Positions 17,952 to 28,733 of a stretch of DNA of 32,000 nucleotides are shown here, in pieces. Position 1 is the stretch's first letter. Every line of letters starts with the position of its first letter. The notes beneath the pieces are model-generated. The model worked only from the letters and a program-made list of their open reading frames with translations. It was not told the origin of the DNA and did no database searches. The stretch is from Psychrobacter cryohalolentis K5 (GTDB lineage Bacteria > Pseudomonadota > Gammaproteobacteria > Pseudomonadales > Moraxellaceae), in contig NC_007969.1 in NCBI RefSeq assembly GCF_000013905.1, positions 2,040,001-2,072,000 on the forward strand, in the 5' to 3' direction. Made by a program: the position numbers and the translations under genes.

Positions 17952-18281
17952 TTATTGGCCGCCTGCTACTTTTTCGTTTACAGCTTCACGTAATGCCTTG
18001 CCTGGCTTAAAATGCGGAATTGCTTTTGCAGGTACTGGTACGCTTTCACCCGTTTTAGGATTGCGACCCATACGAGCACGGCGATGATGAAGACAAAAAC
18101 TGCCAAACCCACGAACTTCTACTCGACCATCATTGGCGAGCGTATGAGTCATCAAGTTTAATATCTCGCGTACGGCGTCATCGACAACGGTATCTGTCAT
18201 CGTGTCACAATTTGCACTCAGATTACTAATAAATTCGGACTTATTGATTGTTTGCTGCATTATCATACTTGCCTTGTTCAT
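17952..18281 (-). CDS. ihfB: Integration host factor subunit beta
   Basis: RVEVRGFGSFCLHHRRARMGRNPKTGESV...PHFKPGKALR matches IhfB. The true start may be an internal ATG (about 18266, MIMQQ) rather than 18281. Confidence 0.92.
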   Translation of the reverse strand: MNKASMIMQQTINKSEFISNLSANCDTMTDTVVDDAVREILNLMTHTLANDGRVEVRGFGSFCLHHRRARMGRNPKTGESVPVPAKAIPHFKPGKALREAVNEKVAGGQ

Positions 18282-18516
18282 TGATAGATAAGATGATGGA
18301 AATAACTAAAATGATCACCACAGATATTATAAAATATTAGCTGAAAATCACGCGATTGTTGACTAAATATCTGTTCATTTATAATGACTTTGATCTGATT
18401 TTACATCTCGTTACTCGATGTTGTAAATGATAGCGGATATTGAAGGAAATTGGAAACAAGAGTTCCTCTATCAAGGAAAAAACTGTATCAATTATCGTTA
18501 ATACTAAAATTTAGCC

Positions 18517-18546
18517 ATAAAAAAAAGCGACCGGAGTCGCTTTCTT
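18517..18546 (-). terminator. Rho-independent terminator of rpsA
   Basis: The - strand reads AAGCGAC-tccg-GTCGCTT followed by TTTTTTT. Confidence 0.75.
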
Positions 18547-18577
18547 TTATAAGATTATAACATTAGCGGTAAATAGC

Positions 18578-20269
18578 TTACTGCATTTGTTCTTTGATCA
18601 AGTCACCAATTGTTTTTGGTTGTGCATCAGAACCAGCAGCAGTACTAGTCGTAGTTGTGCTACTTAACTCTTTAATCGCTTGACGCTCTTCAGCTTCGTC
18701 TTTCGCTTTGATAGACAGGCTGATATTACGTGTTTTACGATCAACACTGATGATTTTCGCTTCTACATCATCACCAACAGTTAGATGCTTAGTCGCATCT
18801 TCAACGCGGTCACGTTGAATCTCTGAGGCACGTAGATACGCTTCAACTTCATCAGCAAGTTCGATAGTAGCGCCTTTAGCGTCTACTTCTTTTACTTTAC
18901 CATTAACGATAGCACCGCGGTCATTGTTGACTAGGTATTCGTTAAATGGATCTGACGTTAATTGCTTCACGCCTAGGCTGATACGATTGGCTTCTGAGTC
19001 TACAGACAATACCATTGCTTCAACGGTGTCGCCTTTGTTGTAGTTACGGATAGCATCTTCGCCAGTTTCATTCCAAGAAATGTCTGACAAGTGAACTAGA
19101 CCATCAATACCGCCATCTAGACCAATAAAGATACCGAAGTCAGTGATTGATTTGATCGTACCAGTGATTTTATCACCGCGCTCATGTTTCTTATCAAACT
19201 CATCCCATGGATTTGCTAGAGTTTGCTTGATACCTAAGCTGATACGACGACGTTCTTCGTCGATATCAAGGATCATTACTTCAACTTCATCACCCACTTG
19301 AACAACTTTCGACGGATGGATGTTTTTGTTGGTATGATCCATCTCTGATACGTGTACTAGACCTTCAATACCTTCAGAGATTTCAGCGAAACAACCATAA
19401 TCAGTCAAGTTGGTTACACGAGCTTTAACAACGCTACCCACTGGGTATGTGCCGCCAACGTTATCCCAAGGATCAGTACCTAGTTGTTTTAGACCTAGGC
19501 TGACGCGATTGCGCTCACGATCAAATTTAAGTACTTTAACTTTAAGATCTTGACCAACTTCAACAACCTCAGATGGGTGCTTAATACGGCGCCATGCCAT
19601 ATCAGTGATGTGCAATAGACCATCAATACCACCAAGATCAACGAATGCACCGTAATCAGTTAGGTTCTTAACGATACCTTCAATCTCGATACCTTCTTCA
19701 AGCTTGTTCAATAGCTCTTCGCGCTCAGCTGAGTTTTCAGCTTCCATAACGGCACGGCGACTAACTACTACGTTGTTACGTTTTTGATCAAGTTTGATAA
19801 CTTTAAATTCTAACTCTTTACCTTCTAGATGCGTCGTATCACGGATAGGACGTACATCTACCAATGAACCTGGCAAGAAAGCGCGTACTGAACCGATATC
19901 TACAGTAAAGCCGCCTTTTACTTTGCTAGAAATAATACCTTTTACAATCTCATCATTGTCAGAGATTTTTTCAAGGAAATTCCAAGTTTCAACGCGTTTG
20001 GCTTTTTCACGTGACAGTAAGGTTTGACCCATACCGTTATCAACCGCTTCAACCACTACGTCTACTGTATCGCCAACTTCAACTTCAAGTTCGCCTTCTT
20101 CGCTTAAAAACTCTTCACGAGCGACGATACCTTCAGATTTTAGACCCGTATCAACAGTGATCCAGTCGTTATCGATGGCGACAACAGTACCGGTGATAAC
20201 CGAGCCACGCTCGATATCCAGACCTGTTTCTTCGATGCTCGCTTCAAATAGTTCAGCAAATGATTCCAT
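18578..20269 (-). CDS. rpsA: 30S ribosomal protein S1
   Basis: 563 aa. Six S1-domain repeats. N-terminus MESFAELFE. Confidence 0.97.
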   Translation of the reverse strand: MESFAELFEASIEETGLDIERGSVITGTVVAIDNDWITVDTGLKSEGIVAREEFLSEEGELEVEVGDTVDVVVEAVDNGMGQTLLSREKAKRVETWNFLEKISDNDEIVKGIISSKVKGGFTVDIGSVRAFLPGSLVDVRPIRDTTHLEGKELEFKVIKLDQKRNNVVVSRRAVMEAENSAEREELLNKLEEGIEIEGIVKNLTDYGAFVDLGGIDGLLHITDMAWRRIKHPSEVVEVGQDLKVKVLKFDRERNRVSLGLKQLGTDPWDNVGGTYPVGSVVKARVTNLTDYGCFAEISEGIEGLVHVSEMDHTNKNIHPSKVVQVGDEVEVMILDIDEERRRISLGIKQTLANPWDEFDKKHERGDKITGTIKSITDFGIFIGLDGGIDGLVHLSDISWNETGEDAIRNYNKGDTVEAMVLSVDSEANRISLGVKQLTSDPFNEYLVNNDRGAIVNGKVKEVDAKGATIELADEVEAYLRASEIQRDRVEDATKHLTVGDDVEAKIISVDRKTRNISLSIKAKDEAEERQAIKELSSTTTTSTAAGSDAQPKTIGDLIKEQMQ

Positions 20270-20578
20270 TATGTCTACCTTTGTATAGCCGTATCCTGTC
20301 CAGCACAGTACGGATCAAATTTATGACTGTATAAAACGAGAATACTGGTTTTATATCCTATGCAGTCATATATAAAAACGTTTGTTGCTAATAAGCGAAT
20401 GCGTCAGTAAACTCACTAGCAACAACTGTCTTCTATTAAAATGCGTTATATTTTTTAACTTATGTGCTTTAAGCAGTAGATTCCATTATTTTCTAAAGAT
20501 TATTGGCGTCTACTACTGTAATTTTATACTAAAATCAATCCTATAGGAAACCTTTTCATACTTACTACCTTGTTATTA
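20270..20578 (-). promoter_or_regulatory. Long structured rpsA leader/promoter region
   Basis: 309 bp non-coding with at least three inverted repeats (20289-20313, 20323-20369, 20383-20424) and only a weak SD (AAGG) before the rpsA ATG. Confidence 0.4.
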
Positions 20579-21343
20579 TTAGCTATTGAAGCAAATACCT
20601 TTATCCTGACAATATTGTTTTACTTGCTCATAAACCGCATCAGCATCTAAGTCAGAGCTGTCTAATAGTAGCGCATCTGCTGCAGGCTTTGATGGTGCCG
20701 TTGTACGATTTTCATCACGATCATCACGGGCTTTAATCGTCGCTAGAATCGCTTCAAAATCTGCTATTTGACCAGCATTTAGTAGCTGTGTTACACGGCG
20801 CTCGGCACGCGCTTCAGCACTGGCAGTCAAAAATACCTTAACGTCAGCGTCTGGAAACACGACTGTACCCATATCACGACCATCCGCAACCAATCCTGAA
20901 CGAGTTGCCATATCTTGTTGCAGCGTTAGCAATGCTCGACGAACTTTTGGAAATACTGCTATCTGTGATGCGTAACCGCCAACCGTTTCATTACGAACTT
21001 GATCACCTACTGCATCACCATTCACGATAATATCGACACGTCCTGATGCATTGTTGGGTACAAAGGCAATCTCTAAGCTTTGAGTTAACGCTAATACAGC
21101 CATCTCATCAATGGTCTGACTTGCATCAGCAGTAATCAATCCAGCTTCAAACGCCTTAAGTCCAACGATACGATATAACGCACCTGAATCAAGTAGCTGA
21201 TACCCTAAAGCTTGTGCTAAGCGCCATGTAACTGTGCCTTTACCTGCGCCACTTGGCCCATCAATACAAATAACAGGATAACGCAATGAGGGCTTCTCAC
21301 TGTTAGTAATCGCATTAGGGTTGGCAACAGTCATAATACTCAC
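20579..21343 (-). CDS. cmk: Cytidylate kinase
   Basis: 254 aa. P-loop IDGPSGAGKGT. cmk-rpsA-ihfB synteny. Confidence 0.93.
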   Translation of the reverse strand: MSIMTVANPNAITNSEKPSLRYPVICIDGPSGAGKGTVTWRLAQALGYQLLDSGALYRIVGLKAFEAGLITADASQTIDEMAVLALTQSLEIAFVPNNASGRVDIIVNGDAVGDQVRNETVGGYASQIAVFPKVRRALLTLQQDMATRSGLVADGRDMGTVVFPDADVKVFLTASAEARAERRVTQLLNAGQIADFEAILATIKARDDRDENRTTAPSKPAADALLLDSSDLDADAVYEQVKQYCQDKGICFNS

Positions 21344-21511
21344 TTAAAGTCGGTACTTTCTATAACCACATAAATAATCATAAAAGTATAAATAAGGCAT
21401 TTTTCACTTACTTATCAAAGCATTATAAGAAAATCACTCTATTAATAAGTAAATAGGGCGATATTATAGCAAACAAAGCGACCTATCACTAGCAGCAAGA
21501 ATCATATCTTG

Positions 21512-22105
21512 TTAATCGCTTATCTTGCGATTGACTTTTGCCACTTTTCTACGCTGCCGAAAAAAATCTTTGAGCATCTGGCTGCTGTGCTCACGGCACA
21601 AGCCTGCATCGACTTGCATACGATGATTATAAAAAGGCTGTTCAGCCAAGTTCATTTGACTACCAAGCACCCCTGCTCTCGGCTCATGTGCTGCATATAC
21701 CAATCTATCCACGCGCGCATGAATCATCGCACCCATGCACATGGTACAGGGTTCTAAAGTCACATATAAGGTCGTCTTTAGGGGCAATCGATAATTATTT
21801 AAGCGTGTACAAGCATCTCTTAACGCTACGATTTCAGCATGAGCCGTCGCATCACAGCGTCCAATCGGCTCATTAAATCCCTGACCAATAATCTGCTGGT
21901 TATGTACCAAGACAGCTCCTACTGGCACCTCTTCTTTCTCAGCGCCTTGCTTGGCAAGTTTTAGCGCCTCTGTCATCCACTTGATATCCTCAACTGACCA
22001 AAATAGAGCTGTTTTAATCTGCTCACCTATCAGCGGATTACCATTAGTAAATGGACTATGTATTAGCTGGTAAGGCAATAAATTAGCGTTTAGAAAATTT
22101 TTCAT
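21512..22105 (-). CDS. tadA: tRNA adenosine(34) deaminase TadA
   Basis: CDA-fold motifs HAEIVALR and PCTMCMGAM. WMTEALKLAK...VPVGAVLV aligns to E. coli TadA. About 30 extra N-terminal residues if ATG 22105 is used. Confidence 0.9.
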   Translation of the reverse strand: MKNFLNANLLPYQLIHSPFTNGNPLIGEQIKTALFWSVEDIKWMTEALKLAKQGAEKEEVPVGAVLVHNQQIIGQGFNEPIGRCDATAHAEIVALRDACTRLNNYRLPLKTTLYVTLEPCTMCMGAMIHARVDRLVYAAHEPRAGVLGSQMNLAEQPFYNHRMQVDAGLCREHSSQMLKDFFRQRRKVAKVNRKISD

Positions 22106-22843
22106 TTACTGTGGTAATTGCCAGTCGATAGGCGTTTGACCATATTGCACCAGATAATCATTGGTTTTTGAAAACGGCTTAGAACCAAAAAAACCACCAC
22201 GATTAGCAGCAAGTGGTGATGGGTGTACTGCCGTTAAAATCAGATGTTTATCAGTATTGATATACTTGCCTTTTTTCTGAGCTTTACTGCCCCATAAAAT
22301 AAACACAGTATGTTCAGTCTGCTCATTAATAACATCAATAACCGCATCAGTGAACTTCTCCCAGCCTTGATTTTGATGACTGTTTGGCTCGCCTTCTCTT
22401 ACTGTCAAGGAACTATTTAACAATAATACGCCTTGCTGTGCCCAATACGTTAAATCACCATGTGCTGAAGGTTTAATGCCAATATCGTCCGCCATCTCTT
22501 TCAATAAATTGTTAAGTGACGGTGGCTTTGGGATCACTTTAGGGACAGAAAAGGACAGCCCCATTGCCTGTCCAGGACGATGATAAGGATCTTGCCCTAA
22601 GATAACAACCTTCACCTGTGATAAAGGTGTCAAATTAAACGCATTAAATATCAGCTGTGCTGGAGGATAAATACCATCCTCTGACTGATAGGCTCCTTTT
22701 AAAAAAGCTCGCAAGCTATCCATATTGTCAGAAGTTAATTCTTCTGACAACGCCTGCTTCCAATCTTCTGGCAAGCGTACATTGTCGAGAATCGCTTGCT
22801 TTTGCGCGACTGTTTTTGTGGGTTGTACGTCAAATAATTCCAT
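22106..22843 (-). CDS. ung: Uracil-DNA glycosylase (family 1)
   Basis: 245 aa. GQDPYH water-activating loop and HPSPL leucine-intercalation loop. Confidence 0.95.
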   Translation of the reverse strand: MELFDVQPTKTVAQKQAILDNVRLPEDWKQALSEELTSDNMDSLRAFLKGAYQSEDGIYPPAQLIFNAFNLTPLSQVKVVILGQDPYHRPGQAMGLSFSVPKVIPKPPSLNNLLKEMADDIGIKPSAHGDLTYWAQQGVLLLNSSLTVREGEPNSHQNQGWEKFTDAVIDVINEQTEHTVFILWGSKAQKKGKYINTDKHLILTAVHPSPLAANRGGFFGSKPFSKTNDYLVQYGQTPIDWQLPQ

Positions 22844-22930
22844 GATGAATCCTTTTTTATTTGTTATCAGGATGCGTGAAGGGTGATATTAACAAAATAT
22901 TAGGGTTGCGTTGTCATATATATTAGCAAT

Positions 22931-22960
22931 AAAAAAACGGTTACCGCAGTAACCGTTTTT
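22931..22960 (-). terminator. Rho-independent terminator of clpA
   Basis: AAAAAAACGGTTAC-cgca-GTAACCGTTTTT. Perfect stem flanked by A and T runs. Confidence 0.75.
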
Positions 22961-22980
22961 ATTATAGTGCGAAAAATAAC

Positions 22981-25518
22981 CTAACTGGCTAATGATTCGG
23001 AGTCTGGACGTGGCTCATGAGTCTCAACAACAGTCAATATAATACGGCTATCCGCTGACCCTTTATCTGACGACTTATCGAGCTTCATAGTATCACCATC
23101 TGATGCCTCTGGCTCCAAGGTTAAATGTACAACCCCGCCATTCACTAAATCACCAAATAGAATCATATTTGCCAGAGGCTTTTTGATTTCGTCTTGAATC
23201 AGGCGCTGCATTGGACGTGCGCCCATTAAGCGATCATAGCCTTTAGCTGCCAGATAATCACGTACCTCATCATCAATCTCTAAAGTAACTTGCTTATCGT
23301 CAAGTTGTACCTGTAGCTCAACCAAGAATTTATCAACCACGGATACAACGACTGAGGTATCAAGCGGATTAAACTGGATAATAGCATCAAGACGGTTACG
23401 GAATTCCGGAGTAAACACACGCTTGAGTGATTCTGTATTGTCACGGCTATGATCTTGCTGGGTAAAGCCCATAGAAGATCGACTGATACTCTCAGCACCG
23501 ACGTTGGTCGTCATAATAACAATGACCTGCTTAAAGATAGCAACCCGACCATTATTATCTGTCAATGTACCGTGATCCATCACTTGTAATAACAAGTTGA
23601 AGACATCCGGATGCGCTTTTTCGATCTCATCAAACAGTAACACACAATGAGGATGCTGATTGATTTTTTCAGTCAATAGACCACCTTGATCATAACCCAC
23701 ATAACCTGGAGGCGCACCAATCAAACGTGAGGCGGTATGTGCTTCCATGTACTCTGACATATCAAAGCGCACCAGCTCAACACCCAACAGATTTGCCAAT
23801 TGACGAGAAACTTCCGTTTTACCAACCCCTGTCGGACCAGCAAACATGAAGGAGCCGATTGGCTTATCTGGTGCTTTCAGACCAGCACGAGACAGCTTAA
23901 TCGCATCTGCTAGAGTCGCAATCGCTTCATCTTGCCCAAATACCAGATGCTTAAGATCACGATCTAGATGCTGAAGAATACTCTTATCATCACTAGATAC
24001 TGACTTGGGCGGAATACGTGCAAGCTTGGCAACAATCGCTTCGATATCTGCTACATCAATTTTTATCGGAGCGCGCTTCCCTTTTGCTTTCTTATTAACA
24101 GACGATTTTGCAAGATCATTGGCTTTCGCAATATCTGCCTCCTCTTGCATTTCGTTATCACTATAAGTATCACTGTCGAGACCGTCAATATCAGCCTCAA
24201 TCTGTGCATCAAACTCTTGCTCTATATCAGCAATGAAACTTTCTTCCGCTTCTATATCGTCTGCATCAGCCACGACCCCTAAACGCTTATAAGCCCCAGC
24301 CTCATCAATAACATCAATGGCCTTATCCGGCAAAAAACGCTCATGGATATGTTTCGCTGATAATTGAACGGCAGTAACTAGTGCTTCGTCAGTATAGACA
24401 ACATTATGGAACTCTTCGTACCGCGGTTTCAGACCACGCAAAATATCAATCGTATCATCAACACTTGGCTCTTTCACGTCGATTTTTTGGAAGCGACGCG
24501 ATAAGGCATGGTCTTTTTCAAACACTTGACGGTATTCAGTAAAAGTGGTTGAACCGATACAACGCAGTTCACCATTGGCAAGTGCTGGCTTAATCAGGTT
24601 AGACACATCCATATTACTGCTCATTGATGAGCCAGCGCCAATAATCATATGAATCTCATCAATAAACAAGATAGCATTGGGTTTTTTCTTCAATGCATCT
24701 AATAGCGATTTCATACGTTTTTCAAAATCGCCGCGATATTTAGTACCCGCGATCAATGAGCCAATATCAAGACTATAAATTACGCAACCATTGAGTGGTT
24801 TCGGGGCTTTATCATTGATAATCAACCACGCCAACCCTTCAGCAATAGAGGTTTTACCAACACCCGGTTCACCGACCAATAGTGGATTATTTTTGCGGCG
24901 GCGACACAAAACTTGCGCGGCGCGTTCAATCTCAGGACCTCGCCCAATCAATGGATCTGTTTTACCTTCAGCAGCACGCTGATTTAAATTGGTCGCAAAC
25001 TCAACCAATGGATCTTTACTGGTTTTTTCTGAGGCACTACTACGGCGCTCTCCCGTCATAGAAGCACGCGGCTCAGATGGCTCATCTTTATCTTGACCGT
25101 GTGATAGATACTGAGTCAGCTCAAGACGACTGATGCCCTGTTTTTTGAGCAAATAAACCGCATAAGTATCATGTTCTGAAAACATCGACACCAGAATATC
25201 CGACCCTTCAACCAAACGACCGCCACCAATAGACTGCACATGAAAAATTGCCCGTTGTAGAATACGATCGAAGCTTTGGGTCGGCTGCGGGGATTGCTCA
25301 GTATCAGGATCGACCGTTGGAGTATGCTTATTAATATAAGCCTCAAGCTCAGTACGTAGTGCTGAGATATTTGCATTACAGGCCGTCAATGTGTTGGCAG
25401 CGTGCGTATTTTCTAAGAGTGCCAGTAAAAGATGTTCAACAGTGAGATACTCATGCGATTTTTGGCGCGCAAGTGTCATTGCTAAACGCAAAGAAACTTC
25501 AAGATGACGACTTAACAT
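22981..25518 (-). CDS. clpA: ATP-dependent Clp protease ATP-binding subunit ClpA
   Basis: 845 aa. Two AAA+ modules (GEPGVGKT and GPTGVGKT Walker A), N-domain repeat. Acidic insertion between D1 and D2. Confidence 0.96.
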   Translation of the reverse strand: MLSRHLEVSLRLAMTLARQKSHEYLTVEHLLLALLENTHAANTLTACNANISALRTELEAYINKHTPTVDPDTEQSPQPTQSFDRILQRAIFHVQSIGGGRLVEGSDILVSMFSEHDTYAVYLLKKQGISRLELTQYLSHGQDKDEPSEPRASMTGERRSSASEKTSKDPLVEFATNLNQRAAEGKTDPLIGRGPEIERAAQVLCRRRKNNPLLVGEPGVGKTSIAEGLAWLIINDKAPKPLNGCVIYSLDIGSLIAGTKYRGDFEKRMKSLLDALKKKPNAILFIDEIHMIIGAGSSMSSNMDVSNLIKPALANGELRCIGSTTFTEYRQVFEKDHALSRRFQKIDVKEPSVDDTIDILRGLKPRYEEFHNVVYTDEALVTAVQLSAKHIHERFLPDKAIDVIDEAGAYKRLGVVADADDIEAEESFIADIEQEFDAQIEADIDGLDSDTYSDNEMQEEADIAKANDLAKSSVNKKAKGKRAPIKIDVADIEAIVAKLARIPPKSVSSDDKSILQHLDRDLKHLVFGQDEAIATLADAIKLSRAGLKAPDKPIGSFMFAGPTGVGKTEVSRQLANLLGVELVRFDMSEYMEAHTASRLIGAPPGYVGYDQGGLLTEKINQHPHCVLLFDEIEKAHPDVFNLLLQVMDHGTLTDNNGRVAIFKQVIVIMTTNVGAESISRSSMGFTQQDHSRDNTESLKRVFTPEFRNRLDAIIQFNPLDTSVVVSVVDKFLVELQVQLDDKQVTLEIDDEVRDYLAAKGYDRLMGARPMQRLIQDEIKKPLANMILFGDLVNGGVVHLTLEPEASDGDTMKLDKSSDKGSADSRIILTVVETHEPRPDSESLAS

Positions 25519-25916
25519 AACGACTTCCTACGGTTATACCTATCTTTATAATTGATAGCTTTATGAATGAGTTAGTAAGTAAATCAGGGCGGTGGATGGA
25601 TTGTTCAAGGGCAATATGAGTATTATTAAATGACGCTGTTAAATAATGGCTTCTATGGCTTGGCTATGATCCTCACTTTTCTTTATCTCAACATGATACT
25701 CAGATATAGTCAATCTATTAACACATACTAAAATGTATCGAAGTGTCCCTAGACCATTTTTCAATGATAATATTCATTCAACAATAATAGAGCGCATGTA
25801 CTAAAGCTACAGACAATTCAAGAATTTGAATAATGCAAAAAGAGAATATAGACAGGCAGTAATGAGAAAAGTGATTATATAAGAAAGTCTAAGTTAGTTT
25901 AAAAAAGAGAGGTGCA

Positions 25917-25946
25917 GAGCAAGTTTGTGCTTAAATAAACTTGCTC
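25917..25946 (-). other. 10-bp perfect inverted repeat downstream of clpS (possible weak terminator)
   Basis: GAGCAAGTTT (25917-25926) / AAACTTGCTC (25937-25946). On the - strand a T6 run follows only after 10 nt, so function is uncertain. Confidence 0.35.
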
Positions 25947-26050
25947 TAAAAACACTAGAAGAATATATTTTATGAAAAATATTAAAGATATATAGTTAGA
26001 ATATAGTGAACTTGAGAGAAACATACGTCATCAAGAATTAGAGTAAGGCT

Positions 26051-26458
26051 TTACTCGCCTTGATGCGGTTCGATTTGGGTCAATAATGGGTACCCTTCAC
26101 GGTGGGCAAGACTGTTAACTTTTTTGGCTTTGGTCTCAGCAATATCTTTGGGATAAATACCTGCAATACCTTTGCTGCTATTATGAATCGTCAGCATAAT
26201 CTCAACCGCCGAATCCATACTGTGACGAAATTCAGATTGTAAAATATAAACGACAAATTCCATCGGCGTGTAATTATCATTATACATCACCACAGCATAC
26301 ATAGGCGGCTTGGCGACTTCCGGCTCTGCTACCAATACATCAGCCTGCGGGGCTGTTTCACCTTCAGGCTCACCCACTTGCGCAAGACGCATGGGTATAT
26401 GTGGAAAGTGCCAATCTGATGTAATTGGCGTCGCTCTTGCTATCGTTTGTTTTATCAT
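26051..26458 (-). CDS. clpS: ATP-dependent Clp protease adaptor ClpS
   Basis: The core PPMYAVVMYNDNYTPMEFVVYILQ...AVEIMLTIHNSSKGIAG matches ClpS. The N-terminal extension may reflect an earlier start than the real one. Confidence 0.9.
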   Translation of the reverse strand: MIKQTIARATPITSDWHFPHIPMRLAQVGEPEGETAPQADVLVAEPEVAKPPMYAVVMYNDNYTPMEFVVYILQSEFRHSMDSAVEIMLTIHNSSKGIAGIYPKDIAETKAKKVNSLAHREGYPLLTQIEPHQGE

Positions 26459-26523
26459 AATTGGAATACAGATGAATCAGTAGGTTTAATGAATGGTTAT
26501 CTTTAAGAGAGTATAAAATCGTT

Positions 26524-26563
26524 AAAAATAAGGGGTAGCACTAGATATTTGGCTAGCAGCTAC
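26524..26563 (-). terminator. Possible terminator downstream of the 294-aa hypothetical gene
   Basis: The - strand reads GTAGCTGCTAG-ccaaatat-CTAGTGCTAC (bulged stem) followed by CCCTTATTTTT. Confidence 0.4.
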
Positions 26564-26585
26564 GACAACTAATGCTCCATAAGAC

Positions 26586-27470
26586 TTAAGGCTCAATAGG
26601 ACTTTCATCGACGTCTGGCAAATCTAACAGTGATAATGGCATATTGTCAACTTTAGCACCAAGCTTCCAATCATACAGCTGCTCGACTTCTTGACCAGCG
26701 GCTTTTAGATTTAGCTTGATTTGCAACGGCTTGAAACCCGCTGGCATTGTAAAGCGACCACGTATACGCGTCACGCCTTCAATAGTGTAGCTGACGGGCT
26801 CTAATGGCACTTCTACAAAATCATCATCATCAAGCAAAGTCAGCGTTGGATTCAAACGTTTGGCTTTACCATCACTTGCGAGCATACCTATATCGAAACC
26901 ATATTCAAAGGCATTTTCAGGTAAGGGCTCAATCTTTGCACCTAGTATCTGTAAAGGCATGCCGCCCTTCTCACTCACAATCTCAGCATAAAGGTCATTG
27001 AGCTGCGCTACCTGTCTATTTTCAACCATGATGGCTTGCTGATTTTCGCGTAACTCTTTTAAGTTTGCCAAACTTATTTCTAATTCTTGTTTAGAAGTAG
27101 CAACTTCATTGGTCGCTATTTTATGACTGACACGCAAATCTTTTAGCTCTTGGAGCGACTCTTTGCTGGTAATGACTGCTTGCTGGGTTTCATTTTGCAT
27201 TGAATAATAGCCACGTTGATAACCAAGTTTGTGACCAAATACTAATGCGACAATTGCTGTCACCAATATCGCAATCACAAATAACGCTAATACCAATGTG
27301 GAAGCGCCCTGCTGCGAGCGAGCAATCCTGTAATGCTTCACAACACTACGCTGAGTTTCAGTATTCAGAAATGAACAATGTAAGCTACGCTCCAATTTAT
27401 ACGAAACAGAGTCTTGGCACGATGGGCGTGCTGGCGGTGAGCAAAAGCGTAGTACACTCTTAAAACGCAT
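26586..27470 (-). CDS. Hypothetical single-pass membrane protein with coiled-coil and beta-rich C-terminal domain
   Basis: Long ORF in the co-directional gene block. One TM helix (TLVLALFVIAILVTAIVALVFG), about 90 aa of heptad-like Q/E/L/K-rich sequence, then about 130 aa with no motif I recognise. Start uncertain: ATG 27470, or GTG 27341, which would give a typical short basic N-terminus (V/M)KHYRIARSQQG. Confidence 0.6.
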   Translation of the reverse strand: MRFKSVLRFCSPPARPSCQDSVSYKLERSLHCSFLNTETQRSVVKHYRIARSQQGASTLVLALFVIAILVTAIVALVFGHKLGYQRGYYSMQNETQQAVITSKESLQELKDLRVSHKIATNEVATSKQELEISLANLKELRENQQAIMVENRQVAQLNDLYAEIVSEKGGMPLQILGAKIEPLPENAFEYGFDIGMLASDGKAKRLNPTLTLLDDDDFVEVPLEPVSYTIEGVTRIRGRFTMPAGFKPLQIKLNLKAAGQEVEQLYDWKLGAKVDNMPLSLLDLPDVDESPIEP

Positions 27471-27573
27471 TTAGGCAGTATCTCTTAACAGGAAAGGCAA
27501 GTTATTATAGCGGAATTTATAATCAATACCTAGTATCATAAATGAGGATAATTTAATTACAACTAAACATCTG

Positions 27574-28641
27574 TTAAGGAACGATGGGCGCAAAATTTAA
27601 ACCAAGAGACTCATCCAGTCCAAACATGACATTCATGTTTTGCACTGCTTGCCCAGCTGCCCCTTTGACTAAATTGTCTTGTACGACAATGACAGTTAAT
27701 TCGGCACGCTCATTGTCTTGGTGAACAGCAATACGCAATCGATTGCTGGCACGTACACTACGGGTATCGGGATAGAGCCCTTTTGGCATAACATCTATAA
27801 ATTGTTCTGATGCATAGCTTTGCTCAAATACTTGTTGCCAATCCACTAAAGCACCTGCATCGGTCAGCTCCATATGAATAGAGCTCAACATACCGCGTAT
27901 CATCGGTACCAGATGCGGCAAAAAACGAATACGATGTTTAAACTGACTGTCTAGTAATTGGGCAACACCTTGCTCAATCTCTGGCAAATGGCGATGACCT
28001 TCAACGCTATATGCCTTAAAATTGTCTGTGCTTTCTGCATAATTCAGTGCAAGACTGGCTTGGCGACCAGCGCCAGAAACACCAGATTTGGCATCGATAA
28101 CAATGCGTGATTCAATCAACTGTTTAGATTGCTTATTTTGCGCTTCAATTATCGGCTTTAAACCCAAGATAGCTGTAGTCGGATAGCAACCTGGGTTGCC
28201 AACCACCAATGCCTCAGCAATTTTGGCGCGATTGACTTCAGGTAAACCATAAACGGCTGTTTTTAGTAGGTCAGGACAAGTGTGCATTTGTTGATACCAG
28301 TGCTCAAACTCGCTCAATGACTGCAAACGAAAATCTGCCGCCAAATCAATGACTTTTACCCCAGCTTGAGTCAAAGCCTCTGCTTGCTTCATTGCAACGC
28401 CATGCGGCGTGGCAAAAAATACCACATCGCACTGTTGTAGTGTCGCTAGCGTCTCGTCCCCTAGATCACTAAACACAATATCTGAAATACCGCGTAAACT
28501 TGGGAATATCTCATCAGCGCGAGTGCCCGCTTCGCTACGCGAGGTTAATAAGTCAATAGACACTTTAGGATGGGCAGATAATAGACGTATCAACTCAATA
28601 CCTGTATAACCTGTGCCACCGACAATCGCTGCTGAAATCAT
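27574..28641 (-). CDS. argC: N-acetyl-gamma-glutamyl-phosphate reductase
   Basis: 355 aa. N-terminal GGTGYTG Rossmann motif, active-site GNPGCYPT. Confidence 0.95.
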   Translation of the reverse strand: MISAAIVGGTGYTGIELIRLLSAHPKVSIDLLTSRSEAGTRADEIFPSLRGISDIVFSDLGDETLATLQQCDVVFFATPHGVAMKQAEALTQAGVKVIDLAADFRLQSLSEFEHWYQQMHTCPDLLKTAVYGLPEVNRAKIAEALVVGNPGCYPTTAILGLKPIIEAQNKQSKQLIESRIVIDAKSGVSGAGRQASLALNYAESTDNFKAYSVEGHRHLPEIEQGVAQLLDSQFKHRIRFLPHLVPMIRGMLSSIHMELTDAGALVDWQQVFEQSYASEQFIDVMPKGLYPDTRSVRASNRLRIAVHQDNERAELTVIVVQDNLVKGAAGQAVQNMNVMFGLDESLGLNFAPIVP

Positions 28642-28733
28642 AAGATATCCTTTTCTGCTACTTTACTATTACTTAATAAATATGAGATATAAACTCAGTT
28701 AAATAACTAAGAACATATCTCAAATCGTACTTT

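Noticed and set aside
28683-28697. TGAGATATAAACTCA palindrome upstream of argC as a possible ARG box
   Set aside because: It matches the ArgR consensus (TGAAT..ATTCA half-sites) only loosely, and it is a single copy rather than the usual tandem pair.
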